Shown here piece after piece: positions 26,408 through 36,000 of a stretch of DNA of 64,000 nucleotides. A program made the position numbers and the translations under genes. The stretch lies in IMG/VR virus record IMGVR_UViG_2844571421_000002, positions 13,006 to 77,005 of that record. One strand, 5' to 3'. The notes under the pieces are model-generated. The model was not told the origin of the DNA, did not search any database, and saw only the letters and a program-made list of their open reading frames with translations. Within the stretch, counting starts at the first letter, position 1. Each line of letters begins with the position of its first letter. Origin of the DNA: a virus (taxonomy: Duplodnaviria; Caudoviricetes).

Positions 26408-27267
26408 GGAGTTCCCCCGGAAGCAGCCTTTGGCAACCTCACATTGGGAATCGTGAGAGTGCGACCGTCCCCCACCACCTCCAGAGTAAAGACAGGGCTT
26501 GCACTCAACTTTGCTGTCTCGGCAACCACGAGAATTCGGCCGTATCCGCCTGAAGGCATTGCGCCCGAATCAACTGTTACGATGCGCGCCTTTAGCGGCA
26601 GTCCGACGCGTCCAGTCAGCGTGGCTACTCGCGGCACCCAAGGTGGTTGCCCGAGGTTGTTCCGTATCTCCGCATCCACAAGAACCCACCCCTGTCCGCG
26701 ATAGGCCACCGCGGACACTACAGCGAAGCCTTGTGCCGCATCTCCACGTCCCTTGATGAGCGTTGCCGTTACGCCCTCCTTGTCGACATACCCCAGCATC
26801 ACGAAGTCTTCAGGTCTGGGCATTCGCGGTTCGTCAACCGGGCATCCCTCGGCTGTCATCTCGGGGCGCTGAACATTGATCTGAATGTCCACTTCAGCCG
26901 GGTCCGTCACCAGCGAGAAGGCAGCTCGCGTGGGTGCCCTGCCATCCGCGAAGAAGACCCCAACTTCGTAGCGCTCACCTTCGGCAAGGTCTGCCACTGG
27001 CTGAACGATGACCGACCGTTCTCCGGCGTCTAGAACGCGAATCCGCGACTCGTCGAAGGTAAGGGTCTTCCGGTTGATGGGAGCGGGGAACAGGAAGAGC
27101 GTCGGCGTGTCGCGCGCCACTCGGACGACAGGATGTGGATCGGTAGGGCTGTTTGCAACGGACACCGCTCGGTCCCGCTTCGCTCGTTCCGCTTGTTCCG
27201 CCATGGCTGGCGTCGCAGCCCCCCACGCGAGAACTAGTGCAAGGGCCAATCTGACCGGTTGGATCAA
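26404..27267 (-). CDS. DUF2381 (TIGR02268 myxobacterial family) exported protein
   Basis: Signal peptide; TLFLFPAPI, F.DGRAP..AAF.LV..P.EVD.Q..V.R signature; ATGA-coupled to the kinase. Confidence 0.75.
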   Translation of the reverse strand: MIQPVRLALALVLAWGAATPAMAEQAERAKRDRAVSVANSPTDPHPVVRVARDTPTLFLFPAPINRKTLTFDESRIRVLDAGERSVIVQPVADLAEGERYEVGVFFADGRAPTRAAFSLVTDPAEVDIQINVQRPEMTAEGCPVDEPRMPRPEDFVMLGYVDKEGVTATLIKGRGDAAQGFAVVSAVAYRGQGWVLVDAEIRNNLGQPPWVPRVATLTGRVGLPLKARIVTVDSGAMPSGGYGRILVVAETAKLSASPVFTLEVVGDGRTLTIPNVRLPKAASGGTP

Positions 27268-27490
27268 GGGCGCATGACCTCCCAGAGCAGGAAGCTACCA
27301 TCGCGGATACTGGCGCAGTGGGCCTATTTCCTACAGGTCAGCACGCCCCGTGTGGTGAGCGGTCACCCTTGCCCCACTCTTGGCTTGTTGGTCCCGCCTA
27401 GGTATGAAGGCAGCCGGGCGGCTGTGGTGAGTACGTAGTTCACGGCGTCGCGAGGTCCCTGACCGACCGCGCCGCTTCCGCAGCCGCCCA

Positions 27491-27793
27491 CTATCGGTTC
27501 GCAAGCTTCGCAACGGCGAACCCGGCCCCAAGCCCAGCAAGCAGGGCCACGACGGCGACCGTGAAGGACACGTCCCCGGCCTGCTGGCGTAACGACTCGT
27601 TCTCGGCGCGCAGCCGCGCAATCTCCGAAGCGGTTCGAATGCAGCGGCTTTCCGACAGCCAGCAGCCGCCCTCCACCTCTACGGCTGCCGTGCCTCCATC
27701 GGGGAAGAGCTGCGCGCGCTCGACGCTGATGACCTCCGAGCCCGACGCGGGAAGCGCGAGCAGCACAGCCAGCACGAGCGCGCCGAGCTTCAC
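27491..27793 (-). CDS. Exported coiled-coil protein with C-terminal TM (lysis cassette, spanin-like?)
   Basis: Signal peptide, IARLRAENESLRQQ coil, C-terminal hydrophobic helix; last lysis gene. Confidence 0.45.
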   Translation of the reverse strand: MKLGALVLAVLLALPASGSEVISVERAQLFPDGGTAAVEVEGGCWLSESRCIRTASEIARLRAENESLRQQAGDVSFTVAVVALLAGLGAGFAVAKLANR

Positions 27794-28242
27794 TTGTCGC
27801 CCCGGGTGTCGAGCTGTTCCAGCACAGCAATCGCTGCGGCCTTCTCCGCGACCTGCCCAGCGGCAATCGCGCCCGCCAGCTCGGCGCGGGCAATGGCGGC
27901 GCTCCCGAACAGAATCCGCTTGAAGATGGTGAAGCCACCAGCGGCCGTCAGGGCGACTTGCAGCGCGGTCAGCATCAGGGCCAACGAGAACGGAGCCCCC
28001 GCAGCGAGCGCGTTCGCTACCGCTCCGGCGAGGGAGACGCCAAGCACGAGAACGGCGCCGCCCCTGTCGGTATTGAAGAACGGGACGAACCCGCCACCGA
28101 ACCTCCGCAGCAGGTAGACGAGCACCACCACCACCAGGGCGGCGAGTAGCGCGTAGTTCCTACTCGTCACGGCATCGAGAAGAAGGCGCGCGAACTCCTC
28201 GAACTGCTCGGGGTTCGGCCCGACTGCACCAGCGTCAACCAT
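27790..28242 (-). CDS. Multi-TM holin-like protein
   Basis: 3-4 hydrophobic segments; follows endolysin. Confidence 0.5.
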   Translation of the reverse strand: MVDAGAVGPNPEQFEEFARLLLDAVTSRNYALLAALVVVVLVYLLRRFGGGFVPFFNTDRGGAVLVLGVSLAGAVANALAAGAPFSLALMLTALQVALTAAGGFTIFKRILFGSAAIARAELAGAIAAGQVAEKAAAIAVLEQLDTRGDK

Positions 28243-28254
28243 GTTGCCTCCGGG

Positions 28255-28788
28255 TTAGAAGCCCAGCCGCTCCAGTTCGGCCGCGAGCTTCGGGTTTGCT
28301 GCACGCCACTTCGGCGACAGGCGCTCGGCATCGAGGCGAGCCCACACGTCGGCGAGGGAACTCTGTTGGACCAGGGTGCGAAGCGGCGTGAGCTGAAGCG
28401 CGCTCACGTAGCCCGGCCACTGCACATGGGGGGAGTCGCCGAACCTGCCGCCCCAGACGAGCCCCGCCTTCGTGGATTCCTCACCCAGCACGCGGTAAGC
28501 CGACTCGCGCCAATCCGGCTGCACGCCAGGTCGCGGGCTCGCGTCACAAACGAAGTCGAAGGCGAGGCCGTAGTTGTGCGCGGACAAGCCTGCGGATGAT
28601 GCCTTGCCGCCCATGCCCGCGAGGAAAGAGCGCCGCAGCTCAACCTGCTCTTCGAGGCTACGGAAGCCGTAGGTCGCGACATAGCTCGCGCCACGGGCAT
28701 CGCAACGCGCCACGACCTGAAGGGCGACCGACACGAGCGGCAGGTAGACGCGGTCAAGGTCGACCCGCTTGAAGTTGGCTCGGGTCAC
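28255..28788 (-). CDS. Endolysin, M15-family Zn peptidase
   Basis: GFRSLEEQ, SAHNYGLAFD, DSPHVQ; GTG start overlaps upstream TGA. Confidence 0.85.
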   Translation of the reverse strand: MTRANFKRVDLDRVYLPLVSVALQVVARCDARGASYVATYGFRSLEEQVELRRSFLAGMGGKASSAGLSAHNYGLAFDFVCDASPRPGVQPDWRESAYRVLGEESTKAGLVWGGRFGDSPHVQWPGYVSALQLTPLRTLVQQSSLADVWARLDAERLSPKWRAANPKLAAELERLGF

Positions 28789-29072
28789 CGGGAATCCCCC
28801 GACGCGGCCTGGGCCCTGCGAAGAAGCTCCAACTCCACCGTCTGCCGGACCTGAACAGGAAGACCGACGGCAAACTCGTCGCGCCACCGCCGCAAGGCAC
28901 CCAACTCCACCGCGAGGGCGTTGATGCGCTCGTCCTGGCGGGCGACCTTCTCGACGAGCGAGCGGATCTCCCCCACAAGGGACTTCGCGGCCCAGGTGAG
29001 GACACCGACTCCCGCCGTTCCGAGCAGGGAGCCGACTACGAGCTGAATGGACTGGGTCTCTTCTGCGGTCAC
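28785..29072 (-). CDS. Single-TM + coiled-coil lysis-cassette protein (holin/antiholin-like)
   Basis: N-terminal TM, coiled coil; first gene after the phage motif. Confidence 0.5.
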   Translation of the reverse strand: MTAEETQSIQLVVGSLLGTAGVGVLTWAAKSLVGEIRSLVEKVARQDERINALAVELGALRRWRDEFAVGLPVQVRQTVELELLRRAQAASGDSR

Positions 29073-29101
29073 GGCATCACCGGGGATTAGGAGTGCCCCA
29101 G

Positions 29102-29132
29102 GTAAATGCGTGCGACTTCAGAGCGTGGCCCA
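29102..29132 (-). promoter_or_regulatory. 31-bp phage motif upstream of lysis cassette
   Basis: TGGGCCACGCTCTGAAGTCGCACGCATTTAC. Confidence 0.72.
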
Positions 29133-29246
29133 TCGCGCCACAGGTGCGAAGCTCCGCGCCCAGTAACGGAGTCCTGCCCTACTCAACCCACACGACCTGT
29201 GATTAGCTTCCGAGAATAGCAAGGACGCCCCTTCGGCAAGCCCCTG

Positions 29247-30251
29247 ATGCCGCCAATACCCGGAAATCCCATGCCTTCAACATCCGCGATTCTAGAACTC
29301 CAAGAACTGGCGCGCTCCCAAACGAGTGTGACGGATCTGCTTCGGCACGCAAAGGCCGTCGCCTCAAAGCTTGGGCTCGACGAATTCGAGGAATGGATTC
29401 GACATGAGATGAATGGCTATCCAGACGCCATCAAAGTCCCTGAATACCGAACAATATCTTCCAAGTTAATGTCCACAGATCTTATCCAAGGAAGAATCCC
29501 CATCGCACTCAAGGATGATTCCCACCTAGTCGAATATTTCTCAAGAACTTCTCTTGCACACCCCATCAGCCAAATCCTCCATATACTACAAACAACTACC
29601 GGCCCGACATTCGAAAGCGAACTTAGTCCAAAAGAACAGGCAAAACTCCCCGAGGAAGTATCCCATAGGCTTCCACTCGTTCGGCGCTACTCCACCTCAA
29701 GCCTTGCATCAATCCCTGACGCCGTTCGAGACAACGTGCTCGACTGGGCGCTAAGGCTTGAGAAGCAGGGTGTCGCCGGAGAGGGGATGATATTTACACA
29801 GAAGGATCGTCAAATCGCCCAAATGGTTACCATCAACAACTTTGGCTCACTCATTCAAGGCGATCACGCCAATCTCGCCACGGCAAATAACTCACCGGGA
29901 GCAGCAGTGTCGGCAGCATCAGGCGACGCACGGACTCATCAGCGGCTTTTCAAGTCAATCGAAGCAGTCAAGAACAGCGATTCCCAGCTAGGCGAAGCAC
30001 TCACACAACTCGCAAATGCCATCTCCAGCAGCAAGACACTCGCCTCCGAAAAGAAGACCGAAGCCACCGAGCAACTAGCATTTGTAGCCGAGCAATGCGC
30101 TCTCCCGGCGGAGCAGCGCCAACCCAAAACTATCCACAGGCACATTCTTTGGCTATTGCGAGAGACATTGGGCCTTGGCGCTGACGTATTGCAGGTGTGG
30201 ACTACCTTCGGCCCGATGCTCTGTGCGGCACTCAGTGTGTCACTCTCCTGA
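29247..30251 (+). CDS. AbiTii-domain protein, copy 1 (likely start 29271)
   Basis: ILELQELA..SVTDLLRHAKAVASKLGL.EFEEWI..EMNGY...VPEYR. Confidence 0.72.
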   Translation: MPPIPGNPMPSTSAILELQELARSQTSVTDLLRHAKAVASKLGLDEFEEWIRHEMNGYPDAIKVPEYRTISSKLMSTDLIQGRIPIALKDDSHLVEYFSRTSLAHPISQILHILQTTTGPTFESELSPKEQAKLPEEVSHRLPLVRRYSTSSLASIPDAVRDNVLDWALRLEKQGVAGEGMIFTQKDRQIAQMVTINNFGSLIQGDHANLATANNSPGAAVSAASGDARTHQRLFKSIEAVKNSDSQLGEALTQLANAISSSKTLASEKKTEATEQLAFVAEQCALPAEQRQPKTIHRHILWLLRETLGLGADVLQVWTTFGPMLCAALSVSLS

Positions 30252-30705
30252 CAACTCGCATAGAACGCTCGACACTGTGGCCTTGGCCCCAAAACAGCAA
30301 ACGCAATATACTGATAGGATAGTCCCCGTGACGGCCTACAAAGCGACCGACACGAGCGGCAGGTAGACAGAGGCAGATAGACGCGGTCAATGTCGACCCG
30401 CTTGAAGTTGGAGAGAGCCATCGGGAATCCCCCGCCCCTGCCTGGGTCATGCGGAGCAGCTCCAGTTCGTCGGCCTGCCGGACCTGAATGGGAAGGCCGA
30501 CGGCGAACTCGTCGCGCCAACGCAGCAAGGCGCCCAACTCCACTGCGAGAGCGTTGATGCGCGCGTACTGACGGGCGACCTTCTCGACCAGGGAGCGAAT
30601 CTCACCGACCAGGGGCTTCGCGGCCCAGGTGAGGACACCGACGCTCGCCGATCCAAGCAGGGAGCCGACTACGAACAGCACGGACTGGGTCTCTTCTACG
30701 GTCAC
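30232..30705 (-). pseudogene. Duplicate of the 28785-29072 gene with lost stop (read-through)
   Basis: Same N-terminal ~95 aa; CGG TGA replaced by CGA TGG. Confidence 0.6.
30343..30421 (-). pseudogene. Frameshifted 5' remnant of endolysin
   Basis: MALSNFKRVDIDRVYLP, then a short internal duplication and truncation; matches 28724-28788. Confidence 0.75.
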
Positions 30706-30733
30706 AGCGCCACCGGGTCAAAGGGTGCCCCCG

Positions 30734-30764
30734 GTAAATGCGTGCGACTTCTGGAAATGACCCG
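30734..30764 (-). promoter_or_regulatory. 31-bp phage motif (duplicated lysis promoter)
   Basis: GGGTCATTTCCAGAAGTCGCACGCATTTAC. Confidence 0.68.
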
Positions 30765-30880
30765 CGCGGTCGGCCACTCACAACAAGGGCCTTTCCCCTC
30801 CGCCCTGCTCATGATTATATATCAAATCAGAAAAACAGAAACCACACAGCCAACCTCGACAATCCCGCAAGGAGCATCTC

Positions 30881-31864
30881 ATGCCGCCGAAATCAGCAAT
30901 TCTTGAACTCCAGGAACTCGCCCGCTCAGAAAAGACCAGCATAACAGAGCTACTGCGACACGCCAAAACCGTAGCATCCAAACTCGACCTCGACGAATTT
31001 GAAGCATGGATCAAGTACGAGATGAACGGCTATCCCAATGGAAATAGCGTTCCTGCATATCGGATTATCCCATCGAAATTGATGGCCAAGAATCCAGTCC
31101 GCGGAAACATCCCTGTCGATCTCGACGAAGTCCCCGATTTGGCGAAATATTTCGCTACAACTCCCTTACCCCAGCCCATTAGTCAAATTCTCCATATCGT
31201 CCAGACGAACAAGAACTCGACGCTTGAGGCACCACTTCTCACAGAGGAAATGACAGGCTTACTAAATGGCCTAACCATCAGATACCCGCTTATTCGGTGC
31301 TTCTCCAGATCCAACTTCGCCTCCGTACTTGATGCAGTCAGAGACACCGTCCTTGATTGGGCCCTTAAGCTTGAAAAGAAAGGAGTAACAGGAAAAGGCA
31401 TGGCCTTCACACAACAAGACCGCCAAACCGCTCAAGTATTGACAATTAACAACTTTGGCTCTCTCATCCAAGGCGACCACGCCAACCTAGCCACCGCTCA
31501 TAATTCGCCTGGAGCGGCTGTCTCCGCATCGTCTGGGATGGCCAAAACCCACCAACGCTTGAATAAGTCGATCGAAACTGCAGAAGCTCGCGACGTCCGA
31601 CTCGGCGAGGCGCTACGGCAATTGGCAACTGCAGTCACATCAAGCCAATCGCTTGAGTCTGGTCAAAAGCAAGAGGCGACCGAGCAACTCACATTCATAG
31701 CCGAACAGTGTGCGCTCCCGCCAGAGCAGCGCCAGCCGCTGACCATTCAGAAGGGAATCCTCGGGAATCTACGAGAGACACTCGGTCTCGGAGCGGATGT
31801 GCTGCAAGTCTGGACCACATTCAGTCCAGTCATCTACGCCGCCCTAATCAACACATTATCCTAA
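30881..31864 (+). CDS. AbiTii-domain protein, copy 2
   Basis: Paralog of 29247-30251 with the same N-terminal signature. Confidence 0.72.
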   Translation: MPPKSAILELQELARSEKTSITELLRHAKTVASKLDLDEFEAWIKYEMNGYPNGNSVPAYRIIPSKLMAKNPVRGNIPVDLDEVPDLAKYFATTPLPQPISQILHIVQTNKNSTLEAPLLTEEMTGLLNGLTIRYPLIRCFSRSNFASVLDAVRDTVLDWALKLEKKGVTGKGMAFTQQDRQTAQVLTINNFGSLIQGDHANLATAHNSPGAAVSASSGMAKTHQRLNKSIETAEARDVRLGEALRQLATAVTSSQSLESGQKQEATEQLTFIAEQCALPPEQRQPLTIQKGILGNLRETLGLGADVLQVWTTFSPVIYAALINTLS

Positions 31865-31980
31865 AGCGCCATCACACACACATGCAGATGCGGGACATAA
31901 ATATCTTGCGTCGCACTTCATTCAACCCCCACTTGTCGACTGGACATAGCCACGCCGTTATCCAAAACCCAACCGCCAGA

Positions 31981-34900
31981 TCATTCGCGAGGCTTTAGGT
32001 TATGCGCCAGTAGCCCTTGCACAACGTAGGTCCTGGCGAAGCGAACGGAGATCTTCATCACGTCGCCAGCGACCGCAGGTGCCACGCTCGCCACACGCCC
32101 CGGAGCGACACCGTCGATTGTCTCTCCGGAACGAAGATTGTCGGTGCGCGTCCAGCCACGCTCGAACGTCCGCCAGCGATGCTCCGGCGTCACGACGAGC
32201 ACACGCCCATCCGTCATGGTGAGCATGCAACGCGCTGCCTGATGCCTGCTGACGTGCGTCACCTCGAAGATGCCGCCATCTCTCTCGTGCTCGTGCATGG
32301 TGAGCACCTTCATCCCGGGACGAAGCATTTCGGCGGGCACTTCGGAACCATCGGCGAGCAACACCGGCTCCCACGGCGCGACACAGGTTCCGTGCGAGCC
32401 ACCGCCACCGCCACCGCCACCAGTTGGCGTTGATGCGGGCCCCGTCGAACTGCGGACCATGTTGACGTTGTAGCTGCTCGGCGGGAAGAACCATCGCTCG
32501 GCGCTGTAGCCGCTCGCGTTATGGAGCCGCACCTTCAGGTAAAGCAGCTTGTTCGTCATCGTGTCCCGCAGCCGGTTGAACCTGTCGCCATACATGAAGG
32601 TAAAGCCCGCGCTCGTCGCGTTGCTGGCATCGCCGTCGACCGCGCCGTTCTGATACTTGCGGTCAGCCAGCGGCACCGACGTCCCATAGAGCCACTGGGG
32701 CGCGTTGCTGTCGCTATACGCCCAGTAGAACCCCACCTCCATGAAGCGCAGCGCATCGAGGTTGTCGCTCACCGACTGGGGCTGGATGACGGCATGGTAG
32801 TGAGCCCAGGTGAAGTTCGCCGCGCCACCAGCAGCCCCGGCAATGGCGTACCCCTCAAGCACCTGGACGTTCAGCCGGTCGATGTTCGGAACGCCCTCGT
32901 TGTTGCCTCGGTAGTAGATGCGGCTTCCCGTGTCGGCGAGGGCCTGGACCGAACGGAAGAAGCCGTCGCTCAGGTAGTAGCGCCCCACCTGGACGTTGTT
33001 AGAGGCCACCTTGAGCGTCGTTCCGACGTTGTCGAGCTTCGCCCCGGCCGTGGGGATGCCGCTGCCGTCTTCGGCGTAGTTGGACGTCTTGAGGGTGTTC
33101 GCCGCGAGCAAGTCGAAGGTGACCATCTTCCGCATGGAGACGGCATCGAAGTAGAGCCGCTTCCCCACGTCGGCCGCCGCCACCTGGGTTTCCCAGAAGA
33201 GCTGAACCCCCGTGCAACCGGCCGGGCATGTACCCTTCACGGTGACACGCCGGTACGACGTTCCGAGCTGCCCCAAAAAGACGCCCGTATTCTGGCCCGC
33301 GTAGGCGCCGCTTCCGTCCTCCCACAGCAAATGAAGGGTTCCCATGCCCCCGACGGTGACGGACGACGCCTTGACGTAGACCTCGGCGAAGAAATCGTCC
33401 CCAGGGGAGCACTTGAGCCGCCCGCCTGGAACCTCCGAGCCGTACCCGCCCGTCCAGCTCAGCCCCGGCCACGCCCCCGTGTTCATCAGCTCCACCCGGC
33501 GCACCCAGCGGCCCACCCGGGCATTGACAGGGTCCTCAACGAGCCTGTCACCGTCGGGCGACTTCCCCACGGCGCGAATGCCCGCTTCGTTGTAGCCGTT
33601 CGGAATGAGGTTGTCGGTGGGCGGGTACAGCAGATGCTGGAAGCCGACCGCGGCATCGCTCAGCGACGCGCCCTCAAGCTGCTTCGGCGTGACGGCGAGC
33701 TGAGGCGACGCGTCCCCCCGGTTGCCGAAGCGGTCTCGAGGAACGACACGGACGAAGTAGGTCGTCCCCGGCATCAGGTCGGACACTCCGAATGCCGTTG
33801 TGTCGAACGTCCCGCGCAGGGTGGAGCTGCTCGGCGTGAAGCCGCTGGACGTCGAAACGTGCAGCTCGTACCCCGAAGCAACTGGGCCACTCGAAGCCGG
33901 GGTGAGGGACAGTGAGAAGCCATTCACGACGGCCGTCACGTTGATGTTCAGCGGGACATGCGGTGGGGACGTGTGCGCGGGCTCGCCCAGGCCGGGACGC
34001 GTGTCCATCTCCAGCCACATGGACACGCCGAAGGAGGGCTTCCCGCGCGTTGTAAGCGTGGTGCGTGCGTCTCCCTCTGAGGCGAAGACGTGGCGAAACC
34101 CGGTGACTGCCAGGTTCTGCGCTTCCGAGTAATGAACGCCGTTGGGGAGGAACCGGTAGAGGTCGCCCAGCTCCAACGGCAGGAAGAAGTCGAGGTCGAT
34201 TTCCTGGTCGGCGAGCGGCTCGCACAAGTCGGACAAAGCCGCTTCCGCCATCCTCCGCGCTTCAACGTCGCGGTTGATGTTGCTCGAAGCGTCCTCGGCG
34301 ATTTGCATGTAGCGAACGCCGTAGGCGGCCTGACTCGCGGCGTCTTCGACGACGACGCTCTTCGTTTTCGACTGCCCCGTGACGTCCAAGTCACTCGTGT
34401 CCGAATAGACGACCTCCACCTTGTTCCGAACGTCTGTCCTGCTCACCACGAGCTTCGCGACGTCGCGGTAGTCGTTCGGGCCGTAGGTCCACGCGAGCGG
34501 CGGATTTGTGCGGTTGGGCTCGGTGAACGTCAACGCGAATGTCCCGCTCGACTCGCGCCAGCGATAGCGCGCCTCCCAGCCAATCTGCTGAGCCAGGTCG
34601 CGAACGGCGTCGAGGACGCTCGCCTTTTTCTGCGCGTACTGACGGAGCCTCCACCCTGGGGACACCGGGGTATGGAGCGCCACGCCCGTCCCGTTGTCCG
34701 TCAGGATGGCCTGCATCACCGCTTCGACGGCAACGCCCTGGACGTCGTTCCCGTATGCCCGCTCAACCTCAATGAACGTGTCTTGGAGTCGGCCGCCCAA
34801 GTCACGCCCACGAAAGACGAGCTGCTCACCCGCGAAGTCGACTTCGTCGATGTCCCCATGAAACAGCGTGTGCCACTCGCTCTCGCTGGGCGACATGCCA

Positions 34901-35217
34901 ATGGGCGAAACCGCAGCCTCGACGACAAACTCTCTTCCCGGCCGGATGAGCTGCCCGTTTGCGGCATTCAGCTTCGAGTCGGCCCGGAGCGGGGCCACGC
35001 TGAAGAGTTCGATTTGCAGCTTGAGCGTCACCGTCGCGGCCGAAACGGGCTGGTCAACGTCCTCGTCCACCTCGACGGCGTCGAGAAAGTCGCGGCCCTC
35101 AAGCTGGCTCAGATTCCGCCACGTCCCCGCGTCGTCGAGCACCTTCACCCGAACATGGGAAGCGTGTCCGGCCGGGCTCGTGAGCGCCGCCAATCCCTGA
35201 GACGACATGCTGCGCAT
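31981..35217 (-). CDS. Tail tip/central fibre: hub - FN3 - CBM-like - RBP - Gly linker - C-terminal Hint domain
   Basis: FN3 (PPHVP..YEL..LMPGTTYFVRV), NLIPNG CBM-like; Hint C945, TPEH, HN. Confidence 0.85.
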   Translation of the reverse strand: MRSMSSQGLAALTSPAGHASHVRVKVLDDAGTWRNLSQLEGRDFLDAVEVDEDVDQPVSAATVTLKLQIELFSVAPLRADSKLNAANGQLIRPGREFVVEAAVSPIGMSPSESEWHTLFHGDIDEVDFAGEQLVFRGRDLGGRLQDTFIEVERAYGNDVQGVAVEAVMQAILTDNGTGVALHTPVSPGWRLRQYAQKKASVLDAVRDLAQQIGWEARYRWRESSGTFALTFTEPNRTNPPLAWTYGPNDYRDVAKLVVSRTDVRNKVEVVYSDTSDLDVTGQSKTKSVVVEDAASQAAYGVRYMQIAEDASSNINRDVEARRMAEAALSDLCEPLADQEIDLDFFLPLELGDLYRFLPNGVHYSEAQNLAVTGFRHVFASEGDARTTLTTRGKPSFGVSMWLEMDTRPGLGEPAHTSPPHVPLNINVTAVVNGFSLSLTPASSGPVASGYELHVSTSSGFTPSSSTLRGTFDTTAFGVSDLMPGTTYFVRVVPRDRFGNRGDASPQLAVTPKQLEGASLSDAAVGFQHLLYPPTDNLIPNGYNEAGIRAVGKSPDGDRLVEDPVNARVGRWVRRVELMNTGAWPGLSWTGGYGSEVPGGRLKCSPGDDFFAEVYVKASSVTVGGMGTLHLLWEDGSGAYAGQNTGVFLGQLGTSYRRVTVKGTCPAGCTGVQLFWETQVAAADVGKRLYFDAVSMRKMVTFDLLAANTLKTSNYAEDGSGIPTAGAKLDNVGTTLKVASNNVQVGRYYLSDGFFRSVQALADTGSRIYYRGNNEGVPNIDRLNVQVLEGYAIAGAAGGAANFTWAHYHAVIQPQSVSDNLDALRFMEVGFYWAYSDSNAPQWLYGTSVPLADRKYQNGAVDGDASNATSAGFTFMYGDRFNRLRDTMTNKLLYLKVRLHNASGYSAERWFFPPSSYNVNMVRSSTGPASTPTGGGGGGGGSHGTCVAPWEPVLLADGSEVPAEMLRPGMKVLTMHEHERDGGIFEVTHVSRHQAARCMLTMTDGRVLVVTPEHRWRTFERGWTRTDNLRSGETIDGVAPGRVASVAPAVAGDVMKISVRFARTYVVQGLLAHNLKPRE

Positions 35218-35223
35218 GGTTTC

Positions 35224-36000
35224 CTAAACCTCTCGCAAGGTGAATTCGAGCCGCTCGCCGATGACGCGCGCCCCTTCGTGGATGAATTCGACGAACTCGC
35301 CGTCCCGCACTTCGCCAAGCACCTTCGTCTCGCCGACGCGGAAGGCCCCGCCCGCAGTCAGGTACGGCAACGCGCTCCAGGCGCGAGCCGAGTGCCACAA
35401 GGCCACTTCCGGAACCCACGCGTCCGGCGCCATGAAAGGCAGCCCGACGACGTCGTCGAAGCGCCGCAGGTTGAGCGCCCCGGTCAAAGACAGTGAGCCA
35501 CTGGAGACGCTCAGCCCGCCCGCGCTCGCCGCAGCCGTCCCCTGAATCCAGCGCGCCCCATCGCTCCGGTTGATGACCTGGAGCCAGACGCCTCCCGTGG
35601 CATCGAAGAGATGGTGCAGCGTCGTCCAGCGGGGCCCGAGCTGCATCGCCCAGGAGCAAGACACGCCCAGGGGTAGTTCGAAGCCGCCACCGAAGCGCGC
35701 GCCTTGAAAGAGGCTCCCTGTCGCAATCGATGGGGCAAGCCCCCGACTCGTGAAGGTGTCGCCGTCGAACGCGAGTGCATGGCCGTCCCCGGCAATCAGC
35801 CCACGGAAGGCCAACGCCTCGACGGACGACAGAGGCCCCGTCTTGAACTCCCACTCTTGGCGCGTCGCGCGGCGCCCAAGCCGGTAGACGCCGCTGAATG
35901 AGCGCGAGTCGACGCCGATGCTCACCTGCCTACGCCGTCCCTCGACAACGGGCACGGTGATGCCATTCAAGCTCAGGAAGGGCATTTCAATACCTCCCAT
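35224..36000 (-). CDS. Distal tail (Dit-like) protein (likely start 35985)
   Basis: Lies between tape measure and hub; N- and C-terminal beta segments flank an inserted domain. Confidence 0.5.
   Translation of the reverse strand: MGGIEMPFLSLNGITVPVVEGRRRQVSIGVDSRSFSGVYRLGRRATRQEWEFKTGPLSSVEALAFRGLIAGDGHALAFDGDTFTSRGLAPSIATGSLFQGARFGGGFELPLGVSCSWAMQLGPRWTTLHHLFDATGGVWLQVINRSDGARWIQGTAAASAGGLSVSSGSLSLTGALNLRRFDDVVGLPFMAPDAWVPEVALWHSARAWSALPYLTAGGAFRVGETKVLGEVRDGEFVEFIHEGARVIGERLEFTLREV

Noticed and set aside
23308-27267. Conjugative/T4SS secretion function for the kinase operon
   Set aside because: No coupling protein, VirB4, pilin, relaxase or oriT in the window; only core-complex-like resemblance
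31981-35217. Diversity-generating retroelement or invertible tail-fibre cassette
   Set aside because: No reverse transcriptase, template/variable repeat pair or invertase seen
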